A DNA stretch of 64,000 bases from Octopus bimaculoides (Eukaryota): NCBI RefSeq assembly GCF_001194135.2, contig NC_068999.1, positions 32,829,910 to 32,893,909 on the forward strand, written 5' to 3'. The notes beneath the pieces were generated by a model. That model was not told where the DNA came from. It saw only the letters and a program-made list of their open reading frames with translations, and did no database searches. Below are positions 13,385 to 25,934 of the stretch, piece by piece. The position numbers were made by a program, and so were the translations under genes. Each line of letters begins with the position of its first letter. Positions within the stretch are counted from its first letter, which is position 1.

Positions 13385-13600
13385 CTTTTCTTATACTTGT
13401 TTCAGTCATTAGACTGCAGCTATGCTGGGGTATCACCTACAAAGATTTTAATAGAAAGCACCAACCCCAATACCTATTTTTTAAGCTTGGGTACTTATTC
13501 TAATGGACTCTTTTGCTGAACTGCTAAGTTACAAGGATATAAACACACCAACACTGGTTGTCAAGTATTGGTGATGGAGAAACACAGACACACACATAAT
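13385..13600 (-). mobile_element. SINE family B 3' half
   Basis: tacttgtttcagtcattagactgcagctatgctgggg...ctaagttacaagga..acaccaacactggttgtcaag. Confidence 0.7.
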
Positions 13601-13909
13601 AGTAAGAACAGTAGTTTGTAACAATAGTTACAAATGAACATCACTGTTATGCTAGGTTTCCAGGTTAACATAGTAACATGCCTCACTCTGGTGACATATG
13701 ACCTTGTTTGAAAACAGGTGTTGAGTGGCTGTTGAAAATCTCTCTCAGCAAATTCCATCTGACCCAGGCAAGCACAGAAAAATTAATGCCAAAATTATGA
13801 TGACATGATGTGCTTGTACATATGTCATGTATTACTGACAATTTCAAAGTATAGTGTTAGAGTGAAATAGTTTTGAGAATTGATATCTGTCCATCTATTC
13901 CCCTATCTG

Positions 13910-15230
13910 TTTGCTAAATCCAAACTGGTTCCAAGTAGTCACCTCCTCCACAAGAGGTAACAAAACTCTTGTGTCTTTAGATCTGCTATTCACCACTGCT
14001 CCTGAAACTATTATTAGTGTCACTTGCCAATCTGCCTCTTATGGGCAGAAAAACTGTTTGCTTTGTATTGAGTTACAGAACCTAAACTGGTTTGCATTTT
14101 ATGATTCTGGAGATGTCAGTACCATCCTTCCGCACCACCTTAATTCAGTCTCAGCTGCATGTCAAACATGAGTACCACATGAACATTAGAAACCAGAAAA
14201 ATGCAATCCATCTTGCTAGGAAAGAAAAACGGGATGCTGAATATGAATTCAGATTACATGGAACTGAGGGTAATAGAAAAAAGGTGCGACAGAGCATCCA
14301 ACCATATCAAGTAGATTACTAAAATGTCTGTATTTAAATTTGAACAATGCATAGCAACCAACTTGAATAGTAAGTGTTCTGGAAACAACATACATTTGAA
14401 ACAGAGATCTCTCTCTACAGGCAGTCCTCTTTGCAATCCCCAAAGGGTACACAGAGTTTATTGCCAAATGTTATGCCAACGATTTTTACTGTTGAAAATT
14501 CAGATGTACCATCTTCATCACTACTGGCATCAAATTCCACAACACCAGGTGAACTTATTCTTGCAATGCTGCAAAGCCACCTCAAGCATATGTGTAACTA
14601 TCCTTTTCCTGGTTTTCATTGTGTTACTTATCTGCTTCTAAAATCTGGTGGAATCTTTCTGTTGCATGAGCTTTCACTAGATTTTCAGTTCTGTCATAAT
14701 AACTGCATTACTCCAAATCTGTGGAAAATTGCCATTGTTATTTCTCTGTTTCAAAAGGGTGACCTCACACCACCTGTCACAATTACCATCCAGTCACTCT
14801 CACAAGATGTATTACCAAATTGATTGAGTCTTGTTTCAGAGACACTCTGGAACTCACATAACTTTATTTGACCTTCATAATTTGGATTTATCCCTAACTG
14901 GAGAACTAATTCAAACTTCTAGAAGACATCACCTGAATCACAGATGGTAGCTCATATTATCTATCTCAACTTCACCAAAGCCTTTAATTCTGTGCCATAC
15001 AAACAACTTCTGGTGAAGCTCTTGGCAATAGGCATGAAAGCTAATCTTTATAACTAGTTGAAGTTCTTCATTTTCAGTTGGAAAAGTGGTAGTCACTGTA
15101 CCATGATAACATTCTGCACCTTGGTGATGGACTTGTGACCAGTCCTGGGAAGTATGGGATGGATGCAGAAAGTTTACATACCACAGGACCCCACAAAGGG
15201 TCCAGGGTCCAGAATGGAACATTTGGTGAC
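13910..15230 (+). mobile_element. CR1/L2-like LINE remnant (endonuclease C-terminus and RT N-terminal half)
   Basis: Degenerate motifs QVVTSSTRGNKTL..DLLFT (APE end), PNLWKIAIVISLFQKGD, FGFIPN, YLNFTKAFNSVPYKQLLVKL (cf. YLDFSKAFD.VPH..LL.KL) and PQG-like. Many stops and frameshifts. Confidence 0.75.
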
Positions 15231-15599
15231 CTGCTTATGAAATCAAAACTGTGCAGTACTCATGACTGACAGAAACATTTTTTCACTCTCAAAATTGTCA
15301 AAGCAGGGGAATAAACTACCCATAGTTGTTAGCTGTCAGGGCACATTGCATCCTTCAAAAATTCCATGTTTCTCCAAATTTGCCAACATTGTTCCTGTTG
15401 TGCCTATGCAAGCTTTCCTCTTAGTAACTTTTAACTGTCTGTTTTGTGTACTGTCCATGTACTTTTCATTTTATGCTGTCTTTCTATACATGACTGATAT
15501 GTTTGTTCTCTGTCCGTCTTTTAACTTTTTCCAATAAGTTGTAGTGTGTATGAATACTTTATACAATATGCTCATTACTATTAGTTGTTATCATATGTA

Positions 15600-16188
15600 G
15601 GATAAATCCAACTATTGGCTGGATCCAACATGAGGATTACCCCACCACCCACCTTTAACAAAGCAGGGACGGTTGTGTATCTTTATCTAGTGGCTACGGC
15701 AAAAGAGGTTGTGTGGTGGTGAGGCTGAGAAGATTGAGAAAAGACACCTTCCTTTCTGGTCAAGCCTTCATCAACATTTTTTTAAGTTCCATTTGGAAAG
15801 GAAAATGAGGGTGGAGAAGGAAGTACTACTTCCCAGTGAATTTATGAAAAGATGGGTGACTGTGGCAAAAATGGTTACCGTGAATGACCCTACAGTATGC
15901 ATGTCCTTACAGGCTGGAGAGCAAGAGTGAGGAGAAGGTTTGGGCCTTTCGTGGTCAGGGTAATGCTGGATCTGTGGGGTTCCTTGATTGACCCTAGTTG
16001 GAGTTTCTCCTATATCAGGAGGACTGTATCATTCATGTGTTATCAGATACTTTCTATACTTTTACTGCATTTCACTGCATTTTCCATTTCTTTCTCCCCA
16101 TCCTTTATGTAAATCTCCACACAAATTGTTGTCTGTCCTTGTGATGCCCCCCCCCTCATCTATGCCCCTGTGGCTAATAAAAGAAGTT
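15600..16188 (+). mobile_element. L1/Tx1-like LINE 3' end
   Basis: LVATAKEVVWW..RLRRLRKDTFLSGQAF..FKFHLERKMRVEKEVLLPSEFMKRW resembles L1/Tx1 C-terminal AK..IW..R...F...W. Followed by a UTR ending in aataaaagaa. The clade assignment is tentative. Confidence 0.5.
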
Positions 16189-16194
16189 ATTATT

Positions 16195-16395
16195 AAGAGA
16201 ACAAGTTGGCAGAATTGTTTGCATGTTTTATGCTCCGAGTTTGAATGCTGCCAAGGTCAGCATTGTCTTTCAACATTACAAGGTTGGTAAAATAGTACTA
16301 GTTGAGTACTGGGGTTAATTTAATCAACTAAACCTCTCTCCCAAAAATTTCAAGTCATGTGTCTATTGTAGAAAGGATTATTATTATTATTATTT
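16195..16395 (+). mobile_element. SINE family C, single copy
   Basis: gttggcagaattg head, gagtactggggtt body and gtagaaaggattattattatt tail. Confidence 0.7.
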
Positions 16396-16756
16396 GTCTA
16401 TCATCATTATTTTTATACAGATATATTAATAGATTGGTTTATTAACCAATCTATTTGTATATCTGTGTGTATGTCTGTTAGTTGAATAATATGTGTATGT
16501 GTCACTGGAATTTCAATCATTGCCATTAAAAATATTTATCTTTGTAAATATCAATTTTATACTTTACATGTACTTATTGAGTGCCTTTTCAGTTAATGTT
16601 TGAATGTCTTTGTATGGTTACCCATAAAATACACACACACATGTATATGTGCATGTTTTATGATTAACCATACATGAAGATGCTCAAACAAAAAAGCACT
16701 CATTAAATATACGTTAAGTATAGAATTTAATTTTACAAATCAAAGATAAATAAGTG

Positions 16757-17095
16757 CACGTGTGGCTGTGTGATAAGAAGTTTGCTTCCCAACTACATGG
16801 TTTCAGGTTCAGTCCTACTGCGTGGCACCTTGGGCAAGCATCTCCTGTTATAATCTCAGGCCCAACAAAGCCTTGTGAGTGGATTTGAGAGAGGGAAACT
16901 GAAAGAAGCCCATCTATCTATACATATATAGATACATCTTTGTGTTTGTCACCCACAACTGCTTGACATTAGTGGTTCAGCAGAAGAGACTAATTGAATA
17001 AGTACCAGGCTTAAAGAAAAAAGTATTAAGGTCGGTTTGTATGATTAAAGAAAAGAAACTCTTCAATGCATTGCCCCAGCTGGCCATAGCAAGTA
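16757..17095 (+). mobile_element. SINE family B
   Basis: gtggctgtgtgataagaagtttgcttcccaactacatggtttcaggttcagtcc...aagccttgtgagtggattt...aataagtaccaggctt. Confidence 0.8.
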
Positions 17096-17149
17096 AAAAG
17101 TTAAAGAAAAATGATATATTTTTGTTACCAAAGACTTGAAAGTTTTAAC

Positions 17150-17490
17150 AATGGTCAGCTTCATGATATATACTACATCCTATTGTCTGACTCACAGTCA
17201 TGTGGTAGTGAGTTCAATTTTCAGATTGGGCTCTGTTTTGTGTTCTTGAGCAAGACACTTTATTTTATGTTGCTCCAGTTCACTCAGGTGTAGAAATGAG
17301 TTGTGATGTAACTGGTACCAAGCTGTACTGGCCTTTGCTTTTCCCTTGGATAACATCAGTGGTGTGCAGAGGGGTGGGCGGGCTGATATGCATGGGCAAC
17401 TAGTGGTCTTCTATAAACAACTTTGTCCGGACTTGTGCCTTGGAGGGGAACTTTCTAGGTGCAATCCCATGGTCATTCAGGATCAAAGGG
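17150..17490 (+). mobile_element. SINE family A
   Basis: gtgttcttgagcaagacactttattttatgttgctccagttcactcag...ggggaactttctaggtgcaatcccatggtcattc. Confidence 0.8.
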
Positions 17491-17683
17491 CATCTTTATT
17501 TTCACATCCTATCAATCTCCAAGACCTACATAATTCCTTATAAATAGACCAGAACTAACCTACACTCCATCAGTATATGATTCACTCTTGTCTGCATCAG
17601 TACCCCACCCCTATTATGTGTATCACACAAGTACATTGGTGTTTCATTTATTCATATATTGTTGTTCTTCTTCTTGTGTACAG

Positions 17684-17808
17684 GGCAATACAGGATTGGG
17701 GTTCAGCATTGCTGGAGGTAGCGACAACCCCCACATTGGAGAAGACCCAAGTATCTACATCACCAAAATTATACCTGGTGGAGCAGCTGCTGCTGATGGC
17801 CGGCTAAG
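17684..17808 (+). CDS. dlg1: Discs large (DLG1-type MAGUK) internal exon, PDZ1 N-terminal half
   Basis: Pyrimidine tract plus cag| acceptor at 17683 and AG|gtaagc donor. Encodes [41 protein letters not shown](R), the GLGF loop of DLG PDZ1. 125 nt, phase 0 to 2. Confidence 0.96.
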
Positions 17809-18227
17809 GTAAGCATTCACCTGTTATACCTGTCACTAGTGATGGTGGCAGTGCTATTGATACATCTGTTGGTTGTATTGTTCTAGCTGTTCTTGTGTTT
17901 CCCCTACTGCTCTTGTTCTTTATCCCCACGCCAACCTTGTCTAAACTGACTGTGACCAAAGGAGATTTGGTTGCTATATCTAGCAATTCAGGTGATCAGT
18001 AGCTTTGTTTCTACAGAAACTATAATGGTGGTATAGTTTTCATTTTCTTTGACATTTTGCAAGTGTTAGGTGAGAAGAGAATCTAGATCTGAAGTTCATT
18101 GGTTAAGGATATGTCATATATCCAGATGTTGTGAGGCCTCTGTCTATCAGTGTTGTGCATAGAATCCCTTACGGAAACACCAAGATGGATGGATAAATTA
18201 CTGAAAGATAAAGTACAAGACAAACTT

Positions 18228-18400
18228 TAACTATATGGTTTCAGGTTCAACTCTAACATGCAACAATTTGCACAACTGTTTTCTGCAGTAGCTTTTGGCC
18301 TTGTGAGTGGACTTGAGTAGATGAAAACTGAAAAGAAGTTTGTTATGTATATATTTTGTGTGTGCATATATATACCTCTGTTTGTGTGTATGTGTTTGTT
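18228..18400 (+). mobile_element. SINE family B fragment (decayed)
   Basis: atggtttcaggttcaa...gccttgtgagtggacttgagtagatgaaaactgaaaagaag. Confidence 0.55.
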
Positions 18401-18710
18401 TACAAATGTACTTCATCAAATTTCTCAAGCTGTATATTGTTTCTTATTTCAACAACTTATCAACTGATTTTGCATCTTTGAAGATGTCTGAATAAGATAT
18501 TCCTTACTTGAAAACCCTATGGGTTTGTGAACTGGAAGACATCTGACTGTAAAACAATGCCTCAATAGTACCTTCATCTAATCCATGTCAATATGGGAAA
18601 ATGGACATAAAATTCAATGAACAAATGAATGTATCTACACACACACACACATTCAATAGATGGATAGGGAGGCAAGTGTTGCACATACTTATCAGTATAT
18701 ATGTATATTT

Positions 18711-18757
<47 letters not shown>

Positions 18758-20169
18758 ATATATATTAGATAGGCAGGTAGGTAGGTGCATGGGTGGATGG
18801 ATGGATGGATGGATGGCAGAAAATCTCATTAGTTGGAAAGAAAGAAAAATATTCCTTGATGCTTCCCCATTGTCTTCAAATGAAGAATTCAAGAGTGACT
18901 TAAACACGTTAAATGATATTTAAAATATAAGCAGCTTGCAATTTTCTCTGCTGCAGAATGTAAACATTTGTGGAATGTTTCAATAAAATCATTTGCTACT
19001 TTTGTAAGCGAAGAACCTAGATTAGCCAACACTGCTAACTTGTCTTCTAACTCTTCCTTATCTAAATCGAAAATAAACCAAAGAACACTTAAAACAGAAA
19101 AAGAAGAGTCTATACTCAATTTGCAAACTTCAATCTTGAGATCGAAACACTTTGGATTTATATTTACTAAAATATATTGATATAATTTGTTATATTTTAC
19201 TTTCAACTAATAGTCAACACAACAGACAATTTCTAGATGTATTTTCTAGTTTGAAAAGCAAGACTATATTAATATATATGTATATATCCGTGCGTACATG
19301 GTGAGTGCTCCATTTTCACAGATGATTGTCATCTCCTTGTGCTTCCTTTTTGTCAGTGGCATTTCTGACTTTCCATCCATGGCCTCACAGATGACTATCC
19401 AGTCCCATTACAGATCTGCATGGTTTGAAGCAAAGGTGACAGACAAAAGTTGTAACTTTATTGTGCACTTCCAACTGGTTAGATGTTGCCACTCTTCCAT
19501 CACTATAGGAACTTCAGTGGATGGAATGACAAATGAGGTTACCATAAAGAGACATCTGTACATCATTATAATGAAAAATGCTTGTACAACATGAATACCA
19601 CCCTCTGAGACTGTAATTAGTAGCTAGTGACTGGCCAAAGTGAGATGACATGTAATCACATGAAACCTCAGGTTTTATATCAGTGTCCTTTTCCTAGAAG
19701 GATGCTCTCTCAACAATTAGATGTTCCTCACTTCCAGTGGTTTTATTGCATGCCCTGACACCAAATAAGATAATTTTTGCATCCCCATGCTCAGATGGAA
19801 TGTCATCACATATGTTAGTTAACCCATAGCTAGGACCCACAGAGATGCTACTATTTTGGGTTTGAGTAGAACTAGGAACAGCAGTGGCTTAGGGGTGGTT
19901 AATACCTCTCCTGAATGAAGTTTAATCATACACACACACAATCACTCACTCACTCACACACACACACACACGATGGGTAACAAGAAAAATGCTTCCAAGG
20001 GGAGATATAACTGGAAGTGCAAAAAGGGAGGAAATTCTCTTCTCATATAATTACAGCTGTTGAAGTAATATGGCCTTAGTTAGAAGGTTGTGTCTTATGA
20101 AGATGAATTGTGGGTAAGGCTTCACAGGGACAGATTGGGTGCAGGATCATACATGTATTAACACTATGC

Positions 20170-20592
20170 TTTTAGGACTTAATTTTTGCTGAGATGGATG
20201 GGTCTTCTTGAGCACAGCAAATTATCAAACAACTCAGTCCTTTGTTGTCATCTCCATTTGAGTAAACAACCTGAATTCAGTATTCACTATTTTGTCTCAC
20301 ATCTTCCTTGGTCTCCCTCTTCTATGAGTTCCATCCATATTTAGTGATTACTACTTACTTGTGCAGCAGGCCTCATCCATATGCACCACATGATCATAGC
20401 AGTACCGTCTTCTCTCTTACAGACGGATGCTCTTATGTTCAGTTTTTCTCTCAACATGTTTGCACTCCATTGGACATGCACATCTAGTGGAACCTACTAG
20501 CTTCATATCTTTCTAGTCTTCACATGTCCTTTGCAATCATGGGCCATATCTCACTATGACATAGCATTGCTGTTCATACACACGCATCATAT
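20170..20592 (-). mobile_element. RTE-clade LINE C-terminal fragment
   Basis: Minus translation YDACV*TAML.HSEIWPMIAKDM*RLERYEAS..MLREKLNIR..GTHRRGRPRKM...FAVLKKTHP. Confidence 0.75.
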
Positions 20593-22060
20593 TTGTATAC
20601 ATATCCATTTATATATTCATATGTAAATGCGTGTGTGTGTGTGGCGTGCATTTGTATGCATACACATTCATGTGTGTGTCAAAACTAAAGTTGGAAATAT
20701 GTTGTAAATAATCATGTGATAGGATAGGAATTGGTGAGTTTTTATGATTTCCATTCCACTTTGAAACCAGAATGAACATTTTTTATTGTTTTCTAATTTT
20801 TTCTTTGTATTTTTATTTTTCAAATTTAAATTTGTTCAGTCTATTTTAAGAAAACTTTGATTTTTATTTGGCTGTTTTCTTTCCATCATCGTTGTCTTAT
20901 GAATATACCTTCCTATCTAAAATATTTTCTGTTTATAAAAAGTATTATAAGCTTCAAAGAAGCTAGATTTGCTCTTAAAATACCATCTTCAAGGACTATT
21001 CTCTCATTAAACATGATTCACAACAGTGACTCCAGTTTTTGTGTCAGATGAATAAAGTCATTATTAATGTGGTTTGCCTCTATAGAATTGGTAAGATCTG
21101 CTTAGCAGCACTCATCGTGCTCTGTTACTCCAGTTTTTCTACCATAAGCCAACAGTCCTTGCTGGTATTTATTCTTGCACTCTAGAATCGGTTAACTTCT
21201 ACCTATTACTTTCTTTCACTTAAAATATTTAATTAAACATCAAACTAGATAGAATGGGAGAAAAATTTATTATTTTATTATTGAAATCACAACTTTATCT
21301 CATTGCTACAGAAACTCTGTGTGGGGTGAGGTGGGAGCTTGTGTACACATGTTTGTTTCTGTTTATATGTACATACATGTGGGTGGGTGTGTCTATATAT
21401 CTGTATGTATATATATATATATGTGTGTGTATTTGTGTATATATATATATGTATTTGTGTGTATATATATATGTGTGTATGTGTGAATATTTGTGTATGT
21501 ATATATATGTGTGTGTATGTGTATGTATNNNNNNNNNNGTGTGTATGCATGTATATATGTGTGTGTATATGTGCATGTGAACATGTCTATGTATCTGTGT
21601 GTGTATATATATATGCATGTGTGTATATACACACACACGCACGCACACACACACACACACACACGCACGCACACACACATATACATATATACATATATAT
21701 GTATAACCTTCAAAGAAACTAGATTTGCACATAAAAAAAAACCATCTCCAAGAAATCTTTTCTCATTAAATATGATAAAACATGCCAAAAACGACAGGAG
21801 AGCTTAATGTAGTCTTATGACTTGTCAGTCCCTGTCAAACTGGCCTACCCATGTCAGCATGGAAAATAGACATATTATGATACTTATATATATATATATA
21901 TATAAACAATATATATATATATATATATATATATGTCAAGTTTATGTTGAGTAAAATGAAAGTAAGAAATTGGAGAGTTAAGATGATAATAATTATTTAT
22001 TATTAAAAAGTGCTCAACAGGTAAATTACAAATTTACGCGTTAAATTTGCGTTTATGTTA

Positions 22061-22462
22061 TCTCTTTTACTCTTTTAATTGTTTCAGTCATTTGACTGCG
22101 GCCATGCTGGAGCACCGCCTTTAGTCGAGCAAATCGACCCCAGGTCTTTTTCTTTGTAAGCCTAGTACTTATTCTATCGGTCTCTTTAACCGAACCGCTA
22201 AGTTACGGGGACGTAAACACACCAGCATCGGTTGTCAAGCGATGCTGGGGGGACACAGACACAAACAAATACACACACACACACACATATATATATATAC
22301 ATATATATGACGGACTTCTTTCAGTTTCCGTCTACCAAATCCACTCACAAGGCTTTGGTCGACCCGAGGCTATAGAAGAAGACACTTGCCCAAGATGCCA
22401 CGCAGTGGGAATGAACCCAGAACCATGTGGTTGGTAAGCAAGCTACTTACCACACAGCCACT
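22061..22462 (-). mobile_element. SINE family B, full-length and best preserved
   Basis: Complete tRNA-like head (gtggctgtgtggtaag...gggttcattccc), central (CA/TA)n, and tail ending cttttactctttt. Retains about 16 CpGs. Confidence 0.92.
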
Positions 22463-23014
22463 GAGCATAATTTCATCAGAGAAATATATACATTAAGATA
22501 TTACATGCAGACCTTTCAATTCAGGCAAGCAGACTAAATAAAGAGTTGTTTTTTATTGTTATGTGTGGATGAAGGGTTAACAAATCAGTTAGAATATAAT
22601 GGATAATAAGGTAAAGTAAAGAATAAAATAGAATAAAATAAAAAGTAAATAAAGTAAAAATGAAAATAAAATAAAAGGAAGAAAATTGAAAATAAATAAT
22701 ATGAATGTAAAATAACAGAAGTAAAATATCCATTTATGAGGTATATGCATAAAAAAATGTATAAATACATATACATTAATAGTCATTTGCATATATGAAA
22801 AAAAACATACAGATCCGAAATTAATCAATCAATGCCCATTGGTTGAGGAAATTTTAAATTTGAGTGTATGCACAATTGCATCTCAAGAGGGAAATGTATC
22901 TAGTTATAACAGTTATTTTAATACATACATACACACACACAGACATACTTGCATATATACATGTATATGCAAATATGCATATTTATTCATACACACACAC
23001 ACACACTCACACAC

Positions 23015-23175
23015 ACATGGTTAAGAAGCTTGCTTGCTAGACATGTGTCTTGAGATTAGTCCCACTGTGTGACTCTTCAGACATGAGTCTAGTGCCTTCT
23101 CTGATAGCCGTGGGCCAACTAAAACCATGCAAGTGAATTTTGTAAACAGACACTGAAAAAAGCCTGTCTTATGTA
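23015..23175 (+). mobile_element. SINE family B head fragment
   Basis: catggttaagaagcttgctt..gtcccactgtgtg..gggccaact..actgaaaaaagcctgtc. Confidence 0.6.
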
Positions 23176-24101
23176 TGCATGTATGTATGCTTCTGTGTCT
23201 TTTCTTATACCATTATCTAGACATTGTGTGATGATTGTAAATGAACATCATTATCTTCATACAAGCAGGGTTTTACATTTTCAGTCTTCTGTGATAAACA
23301 TGGTTAGCTATGTTATAAATAGGTTGGCAACAGGAAGAGCATCCGGGCTTAGAAAATCTACCTGGACAGATTCTGCCTGACCCATACAAGTGTGTTTAAG
23401 TGGGCATCAGATGATGATGATGATGGTGATGATATTGATTGTATACAGTGTTTGTGTGTGTAAGAAAGTAATCAGTGAATTTACTCTCTTGCTACTTGTA
23501 CTTTCAGTCCTACATGTGAAGGTTGTGTCAGTGATCCTTCAGACAGTATGAAGGATTATACACATGGACCTCACCCATGTCTGGTTGTGTGAAAGTATTA
23601 AATGATGCCAGGGTAAATTCAGTGACTAAACTTTAGTGCATTCATCCAATACTCTTCTGTTTGTACACATAAACATCTATGTGTGCATGTATAATATATA
23701 TATATATATATATACACACACACGCACACTTCATTTGAGGGTTGACAATGCCTGCAATCCAGCCCATGCCAAAATAGGAAATGAATGTTAAAGGACGATG
23801 ATGATGATGATGATGGTGATGACTGTTGGCTTCATGCCAAAAATTCTCAGTAATTATCAAGTTTGCCATATGAGACGCTGGTATTTGTCTCCATCTTGGA
23901 TGAGAATTGCTGACAATTCTTGGCATGAAACCAGTGGAAAACTTGTCAAACCACAAGTAAAGAATATTTATCCATCAATGCTGTGTTGAGCACTTATTCT
24001 CACCATTCAGTATTAATGTATTTTATATATTTATACATATATTAAAGGTGGTGCTCCAGCATGGCCACAATCAAATGACTGAAACAAGTAAGAGTAAAAG
24101 A

Positions 24102-24159
<58 letters not shown>

Positions 24160-25275
24160 AGAGAGAGAGAGAGAGAGATAGACAACCGAAAGAAAGGCAC
24201 TCAACACATTCATTGGGAGTTACATGTATAGATAAAAATGGTTTGATTCAGAATCTTTGGTACTCTGAGTTTCAAGCACATGGCTAATCTTTGGCCATAG
24301 GAGTCTGAATGAGAGTTCGATTGAAGAGAGTCAATATTTATTACTGGACATTAGCCTACAATTGGTTGAGAAAGTCATGTGGTATTGATTTCAGTAATTC
24401 AGTGACAACAGTTAGATGGAAAATACCACATGATGAACAGGAAATCGACCATGTGGTGGGCAAGATATCGATTGTGTGGTTGGGATGAAGTAGGAAGGGG
24501 CAGTAGATTTGCGGGGTATACATGTTTATATCTACATGTATATGCCTATATATCTGCATGTATGCGCCATTACTTAATACTAGTGTGTGTGTGTGTGCTT
24601 AGATGTACATGCACACACACACACATACATATAAATATAAGTATGTATGTAACTTTGCAGAAAGACCACTTCATTGTTTCTGTTTTCCTTCCATTTTACT
24701 GTCATATTACTCTCCATTTATGAGGTAGACCATGCTCTTAACTAACGCTGCAGTTTTTTTTATATAATTTGTTATACATTTTTGATATTGAAAAGTGTTT
24801 CAAATTTCAAAAATGTTGACTTCTCTGGAAATTGCTGTATCAAATGAACTTCAAAATGAAAAAGACCCAACAGAAAAACTGTATGACCACAGAGAGTGAT
24901 GGAGAGATTTGTGCTCTTTAGCCAAGATTAAGTCACTTTATTTAGGAGACAGTTGCCCTGAGTAAAAACCTAGTTGGATAAGGCAATATAATCTTCAATC
25001 TGTAATCATTTGTAATATTCAAAGACCTTAATCATACATGTTGTGATAGAATTTTTAAAACCTAACTTATTTTTGCCTGTTAGCATCATGCGTGGTCTCA
25101 GACAGGTTAGATCTAAAAGTGTCAAATGGTACATTGATAGAATAATATATTTCATTTCCATCAGCTAAACCTTGGTGCATGTGTTGGGTTTATGCTGCTA
25201 CTACAATTATGGATGATGAGTAAGAATGCCATATCTATAAACTACATTTTTTTTTTGTTTTGTGTGTTGTTTCAG

Positions 25276-25378
25276 GGTTAATGATATCATTGTGAAGGTT
25301 AACGATGCCAACGTTGTGAACGTCTCTCATCAAACTGCTGTTGAAGCACTGAAGAAGGCTGGTACCAGAGTTGTCTTG
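25276..25378 (+). CDS. dlg1: Discs large internal exon, PDZ1 C-terminal half
   Basis: ttttgtgtgttgtttcag| acceptor and TTG|gtaagt donor. 103 nt, phase 2 to 0, in frame with the previous exon (AG+G=Arg). Encodes VNDIIVKVNDANVVNVSHQTAVEALKKAGTRVVL (cf. VND.I..VN...V..V.H..AVEALK.AG). Confidence 0.96.
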
Positions 25379-25619
25379 GTAAGTTCACAAACAACTCCGT
25401 CATTCACATTTAACTACAAACTGAATAACTTTAGTCTCTCTCCCTCTCACATTGCATATTTGATGTTTTTGTCTACCCAATTACACCTGAGGTTATGGTA
25501 AAAGGCTTTGTAGATGCCAAACAATGAGATCAAAAACATGATCTCATGATTATATAGCAAACTTGTTAACCATTTAGCCATGCTACACACATACATGCAC
25601 ACATGTACAATTATGCATA

Positions 25620-25790
25620 TAACTCAGTCATGGCCATATGATTAAGAATTTTTCTTTGTAAGGTGGTTCTAAGTTCAATTCTACTGCATGTCATCTTAGG
25701 CAAGTGTCTTAAACCACAGCGTCAAGTTGACCCCCAAACCTTACAAGTGAAATTGATGAGATGGAAACTAGTGAGGCATAGAGAGAGGGA
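25620..25790 (+). mobile_element. SINE family B head fragment
   Basis: catggccatatgattaagaa..aagttcaattctactgc..cttaggcaagtgtctt..atggaaact. Confidence 0.55.
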
Positions 25791-25934
25791 GAGAAAGTGT
25801 GTGAGTGGGTGGTTGTTTGGTACTGTGTAGCAGACTGGGTATTGCAGTCAATATGGTTAGTTAATAAATTTTAAAAGACTACACCCCAGTATAGCTGCTT
25901 ACCCATATCTAAACCAGCAAAAGAAAATTCTCGC

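Noticed and set aside
1-17683. Upstream dlg exon expected to end in an ...ITLER-like sequence
   Set aside because: No convincing candidate was found (for example 12251-12341 has stops in all three frames); it probably lies outside the window, but a short exon could have been missed.
17684-17950. Possible editing-complementary sequence pairing the PDZ1 exon with the downstream intron
   Set aside because: Only matches of about 7 bp were found by eye; computational folding would be needed.
21254-21807. Many overlapping ORFs of 100-145 aa (also near 4400-4870, 11350-11780, 30980-31520, 42450-42860 and 59340-59810)
   Set aside because: (CA)n, (TA)n and (CT)n tracts lack stop codons, so these are artefacts.
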